The translations under genes and the position numbers were made by a program. The notes under the pieces are model-generated. The model was not told the DNA's origin. It made no database searches and saw only the letters and a program-made list of their open reading frames with translations. DNA of 64,000 bases from a virus: IMG/VR virus record IMGVR_UViG_3300026097_001200, positions 41,332 to 105,331 of that record, one strand, 5' to 3'. Shown here piece by piece: positions 46,681-56,085 of the stretch. Each line of letters starts with the position of its first letter. The stretch's first letter is position 1.

Positions 46681-48097
46681 GATTGTTTTTACTCCTATAC
46701 TCGCACAGCTTCCACCAGTCGCTCATCTCTGGAAAAGTTTCCTGGAAGTTTGTATTTCTTCTTCGATCATGCTCGCTGAAAAATCTATAAAAGTCAGCCT
46801 GTGCACAATGTAGAAATTCTGTGTCTAAATCTTGCCCGTTTCGCATCCAGGCAATGTCACGATCCAATCTCTGTATTTCGTAGTCCTTAAATCCTTTAAG
46901 TCGTGTGTCTGCTGTTTCGGCTTGTGCAATCATCCAGCTCCACAATCTTTCCAGTTGTACTACATAGCTTTCTGGCAGTATCTGCAGGCTCTGCCACTCA
47001 GGTTGTCTTAGCACAGGAGTATCAAACCAAACTCGCTGATAGGTCTCGCTGTACACTTTACGCAAGCCCAGTATACCAGCAAATAGATCACCTAGGCTAG
47101 GAACACTGAGATTGTTCATAGTTACAATAAAAGTAAGACTGCTACGCTCTGGCACTTCATTTAAAAATTGATTGCATCTATCCCACATGAGATCAAAGTC
47201 AAGACCGTTGCGCATGTATTCTGCTTGCTTGCCCCAGCCGTCGACACTGACAAACTGCATATAGTGTTCAACATGTCCTTCGTTGCACAAACGCTTGACA
47301 TATTCTAAATATTTTTTCCACAAACGTTCATCAACGCTGAAATTACTAGTAACATTTAAATGCAATTTGGGATTAGGATTTTCCAACACATAATCAAATA
47401 CACGATAGGTATTTTTATCCATCAACGGCTCGCCACCGGTCATACGAAAGTGTTCTAGTTCTGGATATAGTTCAGGCCACCATTTCCAAAATGCTTCTAC
47501 ATAAGGATTGTGTTCTCTTGCAGGTATCGGGCGGCGATCTCCTTGAAAGTGTTTTGGGTCGTTGTGCGGTGTACTAGTAGGCCATGCACCATGTTTTTCA
47601 GTTTCTTCCATCCACGAACTACTAAACTGCGGACTGCAATAGCTGCACCGCAGATTGCATGCACTGTTAAAGTTTACTTCTACATATGCAGGATTCACAT
47701 CTTCGTCACCGGTGCTGGCAATAATATTATCAAAATCTTTGGCGGCCCACGGCTCACCTGATCTATAGTGTCTGTCGCTGAGTTTACCGTTATCCTCCAT
47801 TGCCCAACAATAGCTGCATTCTTCTGGACGTTCTCCGGCAAGCATACGTTTACGCTGTTGTTTTTTCCAAGCAGTGTTGTGCAGTGCGCTGGGATTGTTT
47901 TCGAGTTCAAGTGCATCAATTCTATGCAAAGGAGGATGATAACAACTGTTGTTATAGCCATTGGTGAGGTGTAAACTAACCTGTTTCCACTTTGCTAGAC
48001 ACATGCCAGGGCCAACCTGATTCAGTGCGTCTCGCATGTCTTCTGCGTTGGTAATAAACCCACTGCGAAAGTCTTTGTTTACTTCGTCACCTTTCAT
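46673..48097 (-). CDS. radical SAM protein, N-terminal Twitch domain
   Basis: CLAKW...SCYH...CSYC, then CNLRCSYC and GGEP. Confidence 0.92.
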   Translation of the reverse strand: MKGDEVNKDFRSGFITNAEDMRDALNQVGPGMCLAKWKQVSLHLTNGYNNSCYHPPLHRIDALELENNPSALHNTAWKKQQRKRMLAGERPEECSYCWAMEDNGKLSDRHYRSGEPWAAKDFDNIIASTGDEDVNPAYVEVNFNSACNLRCSYCSPQFSSSWMEETEKHGAWPTSTPHNDPKHFQGDRRPIPAREHNPYVEAFWKWWPELYPELEHFRMTGGEPLMDKNTYRVFDYVLENPNPKLHLNVTSNFSVDERLWKKYLEYVKRLCNEGHVEHYMQFVSVDGWGKQAEYMRNGLDFDLMWDRCNQFLNEVPERSSLTFIVTMNNLSVPSLGDLFAGILGLRKVYSETYQRVWFDTPVLRQPEWQSLQILPESYVVQLERLWSWMIAQAETADTRLKGFKDYEIQRLDRDIAWMRNGQDLDTEFLHCAQADFYRFFSEHDRRRNTNFQETFPEMSDWWKLCEYRSKNNHA

Positions 48098-48945
48098 AGA
48101 TCTTTTTTATACTCTGCGTAGATTTGATCGCCGTTGTACTTTTCTGGACAGAATTTGCACTGCGGTATACTATTGCCGATATTGGCAAAGAACTGTTCTT
48201 TGTTTTCTGCGTCTACTGTTAGCGGTTGATAACTTTGCATGAGTTTTCTGTCACTGTTACTTAATTGTAATTGATACTGCGAGTCAAATTCTGGCAGCAG
48301 TGCTACCACGCCACACTTGTAGAGTTTTCCGTCTATCCAGTGGTGACAATTTTTCATGTGGCAATTGCTGTGAGCCAATTCTGGATCGCTGTTGTGTAAC
48401 CGCTTTACACCAAGTTGATCTATTATAGATCCTTGATGAAACCACCAGTTGTATTCAATCCGGGTAGCAATGCCATTGCAGTCTCGCAAAATTCTGTAAA
48501 CATTGTACGGATCATCGTTGTTTACAGTATCGATCACTGGCCCTTCTAACCATTGATGAACTCTAGAAACCACATCCGGTACATGATTTTCGTTGTGTAT
48601 ACCAACCCATACGCTAAATCTGTCTTTGTACTCTCTATTGAGATCGTAAAGATCTTGTCTGTGTTCAATTCTATAGCCATTGGTAATCAATCGCAAGTAT
48701 GTGTCGGGCCAAAGCTCAAGTATGCCGCGGCACCAATCAATTACATCTGGATTAAGCAAAGGTTCTCCACCAAGCACTGCACAGTGTCTAATAGACACAG
48801 ATTTACTCCACTCTCGGTACACAGGTTCTAAATCTGCCCAGCGTTGGCGTCCACGGAAGTTGTAGTTGTTGAATCTGTTGCAACCAGGGCAACTGAGATT
48901 GCACACATTGGTAATGTAAAATTCAGAATAATCTAATTGGTGCAT
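48094..48945 (-). CDS. radical SAM protein with C-terminal Cys cluster
   Basis: CNLSCPGC and GGEP. C-terminal CHMKNC...YKC...CKFC. Confidence 0.9.
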   Translation of the reverse strand: MHQLDYSEFYITNVCNLSCPGCNRFNNYNFRGRQRWADLEPVYREWSKSVSIRHCAVLGGEPLLNPDVIDWCRGILELWPDTYLRLITNGYRIEHRQDLYDLNREYKDRFSVWVGIHNENHVPDVVSRVHQWLEGPVIDTVNNDDPYNVYRILRDCNGIATRIEYNWWFHQGSIIDQLGVKRLHNSDPELAHSNCHMKNCHHWIDGKLYKCGVVALLPEFDSQYQLQLSNSDRKLMQSYQPLTVDAENKEQFFANIGNSIPQCKFCPEKYNGDQIYAEYKKDL

Positions 48946-49913
48946 GGTATACTTGCTATAAAATCTTTGTTCATATCCAGCAAAAGCTGCCTATTGTGCT
49001 CTAGTGTGGGCAACATTTCGTTGTAGATTTTTTTGATTTCGTCGGCGGGTTTTTTGGCTAGACGATCAATTACTTTTTTAATCTCGCCTGGCTGCCAGTC
49101 AGCTGGATCTTCGGCATAACCTTCGTCCCACCATTGATTAAAAGTTTTGAATCCTAATTTTTGTAATCTATGTAAAAAATGCTGGGACCCTTGTACTATA
49201 AACGGAGTTTGCATTATGATAGGTCTCCAGATTTTTTCTGTTGGGAAAAATGTATTTCCTACATAGGAAGTTTCGCACACAATTTCTACAAAAAAATTTC
49301 TGTATTGCGAATACATGTTACAGTGTTGATTCATTAAAATTGGATACTCTACTGTTTCCTGTAATCTGATTGGACAATGCCGTAAAAAGTTTGATATAGA
49401 CGCAAGATCACCGGTTCCTTGTATTTCTACTAGAGTGTCAAGTCCAAGGTTGTTCTTATGATAATCGTCTGAGTAATCATAATGAAAAGTTTGATTTGTT
49501 TGCTGTCTATACTTGTTGAACAAGTAACTGCTTAGATCCAGTCTATGACAATTACTACGTCCTACAAAAATACCAAATGTTTTTGTAATATCTTTGTTGA
49601 TTGGTTTGTTTTCTAGTTTTTTAACAGTGTTAAAAACAAAATGATTAGGAAAAACAGTTTCGAAATTGATTTGATCAACAGACTGCTGATAGGTATTGCA
49701 ACTTGTAACAGTGATATTATCGAGATTATAATTGTGTTCTTTGCAGATACGTATCAATGAATCGAATATATCTAGATTTTCAAAAGCAGGTCCTTCAGAC
49801 AGAAGATCAATACACACAGGTTGATTGTTGCAAACAGCCGATGTAAATTGCGAAACAACTTCTATTTTGTTCCACACATAGCTGTCGCTGGTAATCAATC
49901 GTATTGTTACCAC
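48933..49913 (-). CDS. putative glycosyltransferase-like protein (TEK family)
   Basis: EIVCET...PTEKIWRPI...PFIVQG...LQKLGFKTF..WWDEGY. Confidence 0.6.
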   Translation of the reverse strand: MVTIRLITSDSYVWNKIEVVSQFTSAVCNNQPVCIDLLSEGPAFENLDIFDSLIRICKEHNYNLDNITVTSCNTYQQSVDQINFETVFPNHFVFNTVKKLENKPINKDITKTFGIFVGRSNCHRLDLSSYLFNKYRQQTNQTFHYDYSDDYHKNNLGLDTLVEIQGTGDLASISNFLRHCPIRLQETVEYPILMNQHCNMYSQYRNFFVEIVCETSYVGNTFFPTEKIWRPIIMQTPFIVQGSQHFLHRLQKLGFKTFNQWWDEGYAEDPADWQPGEIKKVIDRLAKKPADEIKKIYNEMLPTLEHNRQLLLDMNKDFIASIPCTN

Positions 49914-50830
49914 CCTTCGATCTGCCTAATTACATCAATTTCACGGACCATTATACCGCGATTGACCCAATCGCTGCGATAGTGCTGTTTAAAAAATGCA
50001 CTGGCAGTGTCAGAAAAGTCAGCCAGTGGCAACTCCAGTTGTGTTGCTAGATCTTCACTTACACTGCCGATTACTTCTCTTGGATGCCGATCTTCAACTG
50101 TGGTCCACAATTCAGCTAGTTTGTCAAAGTCTTGCACATCTTTATAGTTCCAGTTGGTTAACATGGTCATGTAAGTGCCTTGCCTGGCACCTGCAATTGC
50201 CCATTCACCGTTTTCCACATCGTAGCCAACGTTGTGCCAGATAGTCAAATGATCAAGATTTCTTTTGTGAACGCTATCTTTGAATTCATCAACACTGGGC
50301 TTTGTGCCTTTGTTGAGGCACATTTTTACACCTTCTCTGAATCCTGCCCGCCATGCATGAAAAGCACTGCCATTGGGATAAGTTACACTGTAACAGTCAT
50401 GCATTGCCCAGTACAATGGATCAAAGCAAAACTCAACATCAGTGTCATCGGAGCCTGTGCTGTTTTCGTGTGTGTTCATATTAAACACAAAGTCTTTGGT
50501 CCATGAACTAACACCGCCGTTGCCGTACATCAATCCATTGACAACATTTCTAGCTCGCCAACGATAAACAGCACGTTGATATTCTTCTGTGGGCATGTCC
50601 AGCGTTTGATTGAAAAAATCAGCTTCTGGAATATTGTCACCATCAATGAGAATAAAGCGATCAGTATCTGATTCTTCAGCGGCAGCTTTGTGGGCAGCAT
50701 CGCTGCCTTTAACACCGTCTACTCGTTTGGCCCAAGGAATCATGTTTTTGATCTGAACCCAGAACTCTTCTTTCAGTGGCTCGTCGTAGGTAAGAAAAAT
50801 ACAGTCTAAATCTGCTACATCTACTTTCAT
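49907..50830 (-). CDS. GT-A-fold glycosyltransferase
   Basis: FLTYDEP, RVDGVKGSDAAHKAAA, IDGDN (DxD), YGNGG and AWRAGFREGVKM. Confidence 0.75.
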   Translation of the reverse strand: MKVDVADLDCIFLTYDEPLKEEFWVQIKNMIPWAKRVDGVKGSDAAHKAAAEESDTDRFILIDGDNIPEADFFNQTLDMPTEEYQRAVYRWRARNVVNGLMYGNGGVSSWTKDFVFNMNTHENSTGSDDTDVEFCFDPLYWAMHDCYSVTYPNGSAFHAWRAGFREGVKMCLNKGTKPSVDEFKDSVHKRNLDHLTIWHNVGYDVENGEWAIAGARQGTYMTMLTNWNYKDVQDFDKLAELWTTVEDRHPREVIGSVSEDLATQLELPLADFSDTASAFFKQHYRSDWVNRGIMVREIDVIRQIEGW

Positions 50831-50831
50831 A

Positions 50832-51482
50832 TTAATGTCCTAAAATAAATCTCACACTGCCGTTGCAATTAAAGTATCCCCGTCCGTGCCAGTCATGTCC
50901 TCTTAGTTTAGGACAATCAAACATTTTTAACTTGTACCCACTCTGCGCCACTGTGTTGTAAAACTTGGTTAGTACTATATCCAAGTTATCACTGGGCAAG
51001 TTTTGCATTTGATCGAAATTAAAAGTAAACAAAAAGTCACGTTTAACAACACGCATTGCGTTGTGTATCTGCTTAGGCAAACTTTGCCAGTCGCAGTAGT
51101 GTAGACTGCCCAGTGCCATGCCAGCGTCCCAGAAGTTTTCATTGATGTCTGCATAATCTGTATCAAAGTATGCTATGTCATCCACTGTGCCGCCCGGCCA
51201 TTCTTCAGTGTCCACTCCTATAATGCCAGGAAACCAGTTTGCGAATATGTTTTCACCACAGCCTATGTCAACCACACTGTCTGGTTCACAGGTATACAGT
51301 CGATCAATATACCAGAAGATATCTCTAAAGCCAATTTTCAATCCGCTTTCATATCTATATCTAGGAGTGCTTTTTGGAATCTCTACGTCCAGTGACACAT
51401 AGTCATAGTGTTGATGTAGTCTAGCATCTAGATCAGGAAAAACTGCAAAAGTCTTTTCAGGTGAATAATTATTTACAAGCAC
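50832..51482 (-). CDS. SAM-dependent methyltransferase-like protein (paralog of 16803..17510)
   Basis: VDIGCGEN..WFP.IIG.D, GSLHY and C-terminal NG..RF.L. Confidence 0.7.
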   Translation of the reverse strand: MLVNNYSPEKTFAVFPDLDARLHQHYDYVSLDVEIPKSTPRYRYESGLKIGFRDIFWYIDRLYTCEPDSVVDIGCGENIFANWFPGIIGVDTEEWPGGTVDDIAYFDTDYADINENFWDAGMALGSLHYCDWQSLPKQIHNAMRVVKRDFLFTFNFDQMQNLPSDNLDIVLTKFYNTVAQSGYKLKMFDCPKLRGHDWHGRGYFNCNGSVRFILGH

Positions 51483-51793
51483 TGCTTTAACTCCCAGTGA
51501 TAATCTGTATCTGCAATTACCATTACATTGTTTGGTAATGTACTTGTGCCCGATGTACCTGGTACAAGTTTTGTTGGCACAGTATCATTTATCTCGACTA
51601 TTTGATTGTTTTTTATAATCACATTGTAGTTGCCTTGAGCATACTGTGCCTTGCTGATGTTAATATATTTAAAATTCAAGTCTTCCATGCTATAGCATAT
51701 AGGTTCACCGGTGCTTTCATTATAATACAATCTATATTCAACTTCAACTGAATTGAGTTGAATTTTTGCAAACTCTTGTAAAAAATCATTCAT
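51473..51793 (-). CDS. hypothetical protein (EYRLYY...G)
   Basis: Overlapping operon gene. ATG at 51793 preferred over the track start. Confidence 0.7.
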   Translation of the reverse strand: MNDFLQEFAKIQLNSVEVEYRLYYNESTGEPICYSMEDLNFKYINISKAQYAQGNYNVIIKNNQIVEINDTVPTKLVPGTSGTSTLPNNVMVIADTDYHWELKQCL

Positions 51794-52595
51794 AATACGG
51801 CTCAAACTGCTTGGCTAATTCTTTACAGTGATAGTGCCACAATGCACACTGTGTATATCCATTGACTCTTACTTGCCCGCTGTCGATTTCCCAGGTTAGG
51901 CTTTTATGCCACTCAGTGGGTGTGCGAACAATGTCACTTTTCATGTGAACTATCCTGGGTGATAGATTGTGCGGTAAGGTACATTTTTCGATACCACAGA
52001 TCAGTGTTGCTAGACTGTATGCAAGATCAGTGTTAGGCAATTCACCACGTGCATATTTAACAGCAGTCATTGCATCTGACCAATTATCAAAAAGCTTTTT
52101 CACTGTTACAAAAAATTTCTTTGCCATCTCGCTTTGTCGCCAATAGGTAAATGCGTTGTAAGTGTCAGGAAGATTGTTTTTATGTATTACATTTCTATAA
52201 CGACGGCACTCTACTGATTCGCCTTTAAAGTCCAGTGCACCTGTGCTTACTACTATATCTCGATGACGCAGCATATCCCAATAATGGTCAATTGGTTGTG
52301 CAATCAACATGTCAGCTTCTAACTTGATGGTTTCATGAAAAGGACTTGCAATATAACATTGCCAATCATTAGCATAGGGATTATCATCTGTGCGCAGATC
52401 ACCATAGGGCAATGTTTTAACTATGTCAAAATCGTTGTCTGCTGGTAGCTGTTTATCTGTTAGTAAACAAACAACGGCATTCTTGTGCCAGTGCTTTAAA
52501 CTACGACTTAACACACGAGCACATGTTGTATAATCCGAGTCCTGCGAATCTATAGCAACAATGAGATATCCTCGATCATGTGCGTATGCTGTCAC
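51786..52595 (-). CDS. GT8-like glycosyltransferase
   Basis: GYLIVA...Y..CA..L, SPF.ETIKLEADM, TDL..S, VHMK and WHYH.K. Confidence 0.75.
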   Translation of the reverse strand: MTAYAHDRGYLIVAIDSQDSDYTTCARVLSRSLKHWHKNAVVCLLTDKQLPADNDFDIVKTLPYGDLRTDDNPYANDWQCYIASPFHETIKLEADMLIAQPIDHYWDMLRHRDIVVSTGALDFKGESVECRRYRNVIHKNNLPDTYNAFTYWRQSEMAKKFFVTVKKLFDNWSDAMTAVKYARGELPNTDLAYSLATLICGIEKCTLPHNLSPRIVHMKSDIVRTPTEWHKSLTWEIDSGQVRVNGYTQCALWHYHCKELAKQFEPYYE

Positions 52596-53364
52596 ACTGT
52601 GCCCCTAAACTGATTTTGTCAGATATGTGAATATCATTGTAGACTATAATTCTTTTTTTCTTGTCGTTGAGAGTGTAGGTAACTTCTGTGCTATAGTCTA
52701 GCAATTTAAAGTCACAGTGATGCGACACTGTGGTCATGCTCCAAGGTATATTAGTAAACTCTGGTATACGACCGCCGTTGACCATTAATAATGCCAGTGT
52801 TAGTGCATAGTCGTTTCTAAAAGGAGATTTATTAAATCTAAACAAATCACTGTAATGGCCATAGTTTTGTTCTATCATCTGCCAGGCGCTGAACACTGAC
52901 TCTGCAAATCTATTTCTTGTAAATTGACACACTGTAGCCCATACATGAGGTGTATTGGTTTTGCCGAATGTTTCTTCTTGCATGGTCAAAGGCAGATACT
53001 GATTGTTGTGAAAGCACAAAAACTCATTTTCTGAATCTAGCACTGATTTCAACTCATTACCATTGAGAAAATAATCACAGTCTAGTAACAGTGTATTTTC
53101 ATAGGGCGATAATGTGTATGCACTGCTACGAGAACGATTATACCACTGATCTCGATGTTCACTAGCATGCCAGTATCGATCTCCGCCAGAAGACTTTTCA
53201 GAATGTATTACAGTATCAAACACTGAGTTGTCGACATCAACATCACTGACCAATGTCACAGGAATATCTAGATATTTTTTTACACGTCTAGCACATTCAC
53301 TGGCTATGCTAACATAATCAATGCTGTGATTGTTGAATGCAAAAATTAGTGCGCCGGTACTCAT
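52576..53364 (-). CDS. GT8-like glycosyltransferase
   Basis: GALIFAFNN..DY, R..AY.LSPY..TLLLDCDY (DxD), WAT and FRNDYA. Confidence 0.8.
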   Translation of the reverse strand: MSTGALIFAFNNHSIDYVSIASECARRVKKYLDIPVTLVSDVDVDNSVFDTVIHSEKSSGGDRYWHASEHRDQWYNRSRSSAYTLSPYENTLLLDCDYFLNGNELKSVLDSENEFLCFHNNQYLPLTMQEETFGKTNTPHVWATVCQFTRNRFAESVFSAWQMIEQNYGHYSDLFRFNKSPFRNDYALTLALLMVNGGRIPEFTNIPWSMTTVSHHCDFKLLDYSTEVTYTLNDKKKRIIVYNDIHISDKISLGAQCDSIRT

Positions 53365-53666
53365 CTTTCCTGCTGAATTTTTTCATACTCGGCAAGCCAC
53401 ACATTCATTTGTTCTTGCCATCGCTGTTGTGCGGCCAATTCAAGTTCTGTTACATCAATCCTAACAGGATTAGCATGAACATCTAATATCACTGCTGATT
53501 CATCAGGACATGCTTGCAGCACATTGAGTAATTCTGGACCTGCACACCACATGCCGCCATTGTATGCAAAATGCAACTTAGCAAGCATGCGTTCTTTGAG
53601 TACTTGTTTAGCTGTTTCGTGGTCGAAACGAGATCGAATTTGATTAGAAATATCTGTAGAATTCAT
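53361..53666 (-). CDS. hypothetical protein
   Basis: 101 aa, YNGG.W and ILD..NP.I. First gene of the GT/radical-SAM operon. Confidence 0.75.
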   Translation of the reverse strand: MNSTDISNQIRSRFDHETAKQVLKERMLAKLHFAYNGGMWCAGPELLNVLQACPDESAVILDVHANPVRIDVTELELAAQQRWQEQMNVWLAEYEKIQQER

Positions 53667-53692
53667 GTAAGTAATTATACATGAATTCTACA
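53655..53692 (-). promoter_or_regulatory. perfect 15-bp inverted repeat masking the start codon, with a late-promoter-like motif at the loop
   Basis: Minus strand TGTAGAATTCATGTA-TAATTACT-TACATGAATTCTACA. The second arm contains ATG AAT TCT ACA. Confidence 0.75.
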
Positions 53693-53710
53693 CGTTATGC
53701 AAGTTTTAAA

Positions 53711-54676
53711 TTAGCTAGTTGACCAGCTCGCGCTTTGCATTGATGGAGTGCCCCAAGATGCTGTCAAATAAGTTGTGCTTGGAGGACGAATTACATGTGT
53801 ACCTGTTAGCGTACCATTTACAGTATCATCAAAATCATCGGCTCTATCGTCGTCTAATGTGGTTGTTATTGTGATTGTTGTTGGAGTTGTGTCATTGTTT
53901 ACTCGTGCTTGTATCTGGATATAGTTCGTAGTATAGGGCGATGTATCGGCAAACTGCTTGAACAATACGGTATTAGAAGTTGTTAAATCATAAGCACCTG
54001 TACTGGTTGCAAGTGTATCGGCAGTTCCGCTGCCACCTATTTTCGTTGTTCCAGTATAGTCAGTGCCAGCAATATTTTTTGTTGATCCTAGACCTGTGAG
54101 AGCAATTGTTCCAGTTTTAGTTAACAAGTCGGTCCACTCGGCATTTTTACTGTGTCCTGATCCGCCAGCTCTGCTGTATGCTAATCGTATCATGCCGCCG
54201 GCATTGAAGAAATAACGAAACTGGTCAGGAGTGCCGAAGTCAAATGTCTGCTCCAATATTGCAGTGTTCGTCCAACTATTGGTTGTAGATATTGTACCAT
54301 TTGATGTAATATCACTGCCACTAGCAGCAGCGTTTGCACTGCTGTTGAACAGTGTGGTTAAATCTGCTTCAAATGTTGAGATTGCTTCAATGGTGTCGCC
54401 AGTGGTTGGATTAGAGATACTGGTCACAGTTGTACCAGTGTGATTTGCAATACCTGTGAATGTTCCAAACAAACTGGCCCACTGTGTTGCAGTAATGGTT
54501 GTACCTGCACTGACTGCACTGACATTACCTGTTTGTCCATATCCTTTTGCGCCACTGCCTGTTGCCCAGATAGTGTTTACATTAGGTACACTTATGTTAC
54601 CAGTGCCGTCTGCACTTCCTGTAACAAATGTGTTATACTCGTCGTCTAGAATTAAATTGCCAGCACTATATGCCAT
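53711..54676 (-). CDS. Ser/Thr-rich virion structural protein
   Basis: MAYSAG..I...YN, GYGQ, ITATQW and RYFFNAGG.IR. Very T/S/G-rich, lies in the structural operon. Confidence 0.7.
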   Translation of the reverse strand: MAYSAGNLILDDEYNTFVTGSADGTGNISVPNVNTIWATGSGAKGYGQTGNVSAVSAGTTITATQWASLFGTFTGIANHTGTTVTSISNPTTGDTIEAISTFEADLTTLFNSSANAAASGSDITSNGTISTTNSWTNTAILEQTFDFGTPDQFRYFFNAGGMIRLAYSRAGGSGHSKNAEWTDLLTKTGTIALTGLGSTKNIAGTDYTGTTKIGGSGTADTLATSTGAYDLTTSNTVLFKQFADTSPYTTNYIQIQARVNNDTTPTTITITTTLDDDRADDFDDTVNGTLTGTHVIRPPSTTYLTASWGTPSMQSASWSTS

Positions 54677-54682
54677 AAAAAA

Positions 54683-56056
54683 TTACCTTATCGTTACCAC
54701 TGCTTCTACGATTTCTACATCGTCTGTGTCTTTGCTATTTAGCAAACGACCGATGATCATAAACGGTGTAGCATCTTTATCAGCAACTTCGGAAATTCCG
54801 TTGCCGGCACTGACCAGTCTGTCGCCAGCCTGCGCCTTGCCCTGAACTTTAACACCGACCCGGCCTACCAGTGCTACAGGAGGATGAGTTTCATCGGTAC
54901 CTGCTCCTGCATTCAGCAGGTACGCAGGATTTTCACTGATAACGCCAAATGCACGTTCGCTGTTTTTGTTGGCACACAGTGTAATTTCCTGTTCGCCTCC
55001 TAGCTCTACCAGTGTACCTGGTTCATAAACATCATCTGCTGCATAGCGTTCTGCTACGTCAGCGTAAAGCGCACTGGTTGAGGTTGCAAATACTCGATTG
55101 AAGTAGCTGCTTGTGCTACCAATGTTACCAGTTGCATTTGCACCAAGATTGGTAATTCCAAGAACACCAATTGTTCCCGTAGTACCGTCTACTGCGATAG
55201 CTGTGGTTTTTTCAGTGGCTTTGTTTACCTGAATATTAATATTAGCATTGGCTGTTTGGTTGTAAACATTTGCAATGCTAGTACTGGTTTGTACACTTAA
55301 CTGCAAGTCACTGTCTACACCAACACTGAGGCCGCTGTCATTTAAAATACCCAGTGTACCTGTTGTGGTATCGTTGGCAATACTGCTGAGATAGCTGCTG
55401 GCATTGGCTCCTCCGAGCTGTTGACTGTTAGTAGCAGTGCCTTGGAAAAACTGAGATTCACCTCCTACTGTGCTAGCAAGAGTAACACCAGGAAGAACTG
55501 AACTAAATCCTGTGATACTTGGATTCGGAGTAAACTGTGCATCTGGACTGACAATACTTACAACGTCGCCATTTACAATATTTTCAATAACCACGTGTGT
55601 GTTGCCAAGTGTGTCTGTGATACTGGTTGGAATAGCACCGGTGTTGCCTAATCCACTGGCTGCAACAGGTCCAATTGTTACAAAGCTTGCACCGTCGTAT
55701 GCTTTAAGCTGGTCGTTTGTGGTATCCCACCATAGATCACCTTGCTGATTTGTGCTAGGTGTTGTAGTACTAGCTGTGATTGCAGCAAGACGCTGAAATT
55801 TTGTTCCTGTGTATACTTTTAAACTGTTAGGTTGACTGGCACTTCCTGAATCATACCAAAGTTGACCTCTTAGAGGTGAACTTGGCGCAGTACTGTTGCT
55901 GCCGCTTTCTAACAGATGTATAACGTTTTCGTTAAGGAACTCACCATAACCTGCGTAGTTCTTACCAACCAAGGTCATTGAACTGTCAGTGTTAATGGTA
56001 CCGTCTGCTACTGTTGCAAACGTGGTTCCATTTGTAAGGGTAATAGTATATGCCAT
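54683..56056 (-). CDS. baseplate/short-fibre-like structural protein with C-terminal G2-like chaperone domain
   Basis: LVGKNYAGYGE..NEN, GQLWYD, GDLWWD, YADVAERY and VALVGRV.VKV.G...GD.LV. Confidence 0.8.
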   Translation of the reverse strand: MAYTITLTNGTTFATVADGTINTDSSMTLVGKNYAGYGEFLNENVIHLLESGSNSTAPSSPLRGQLWYDSGSASQPNSLKVYTGTKFQRLAAITASTTTPSTNQQGDLWWDTTNDQLKAYDGASFVTIGPVAASGLGNTGAIPTSITDTLGNTHVVIENIVNGDVVSIVSPDAQFTPNPSITGFSSVLPGVTLASTVGGESQFFQGTATNSQQLGGANASSYLSSIANDTTTGTLGILNDSGLSVGVDSDLQLSVQTSTSIANVYNQTANANINIQVNKATEKTTAIAVDGTTGTIGVLGITNLGANATGNIGSTSSYFNRVFATSTSALYADVAERYAADDVYEPGTLVELGGEQEITLCANKNSERAFGVISENPAYLLNAGAGTDETHPPVALVGRVGVKVQGKAQAGDRLVSAGNGISEVADKDATPFMIIGRLLNSKDTDDVEIVEAVVTIR

Positions 56057-56085
56057 TTAATAGGTACCTTCCGTATTGTTATTTA

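Noticed and set aside
36659-48945. RiPP cluster with radical SAM maturases
   Set aside because: No recognisable precursor with leader/core, RRE/PqqD domain, peptidase or exporter. The nearby small peptides are basic and lack Cys. Not fully excluded.
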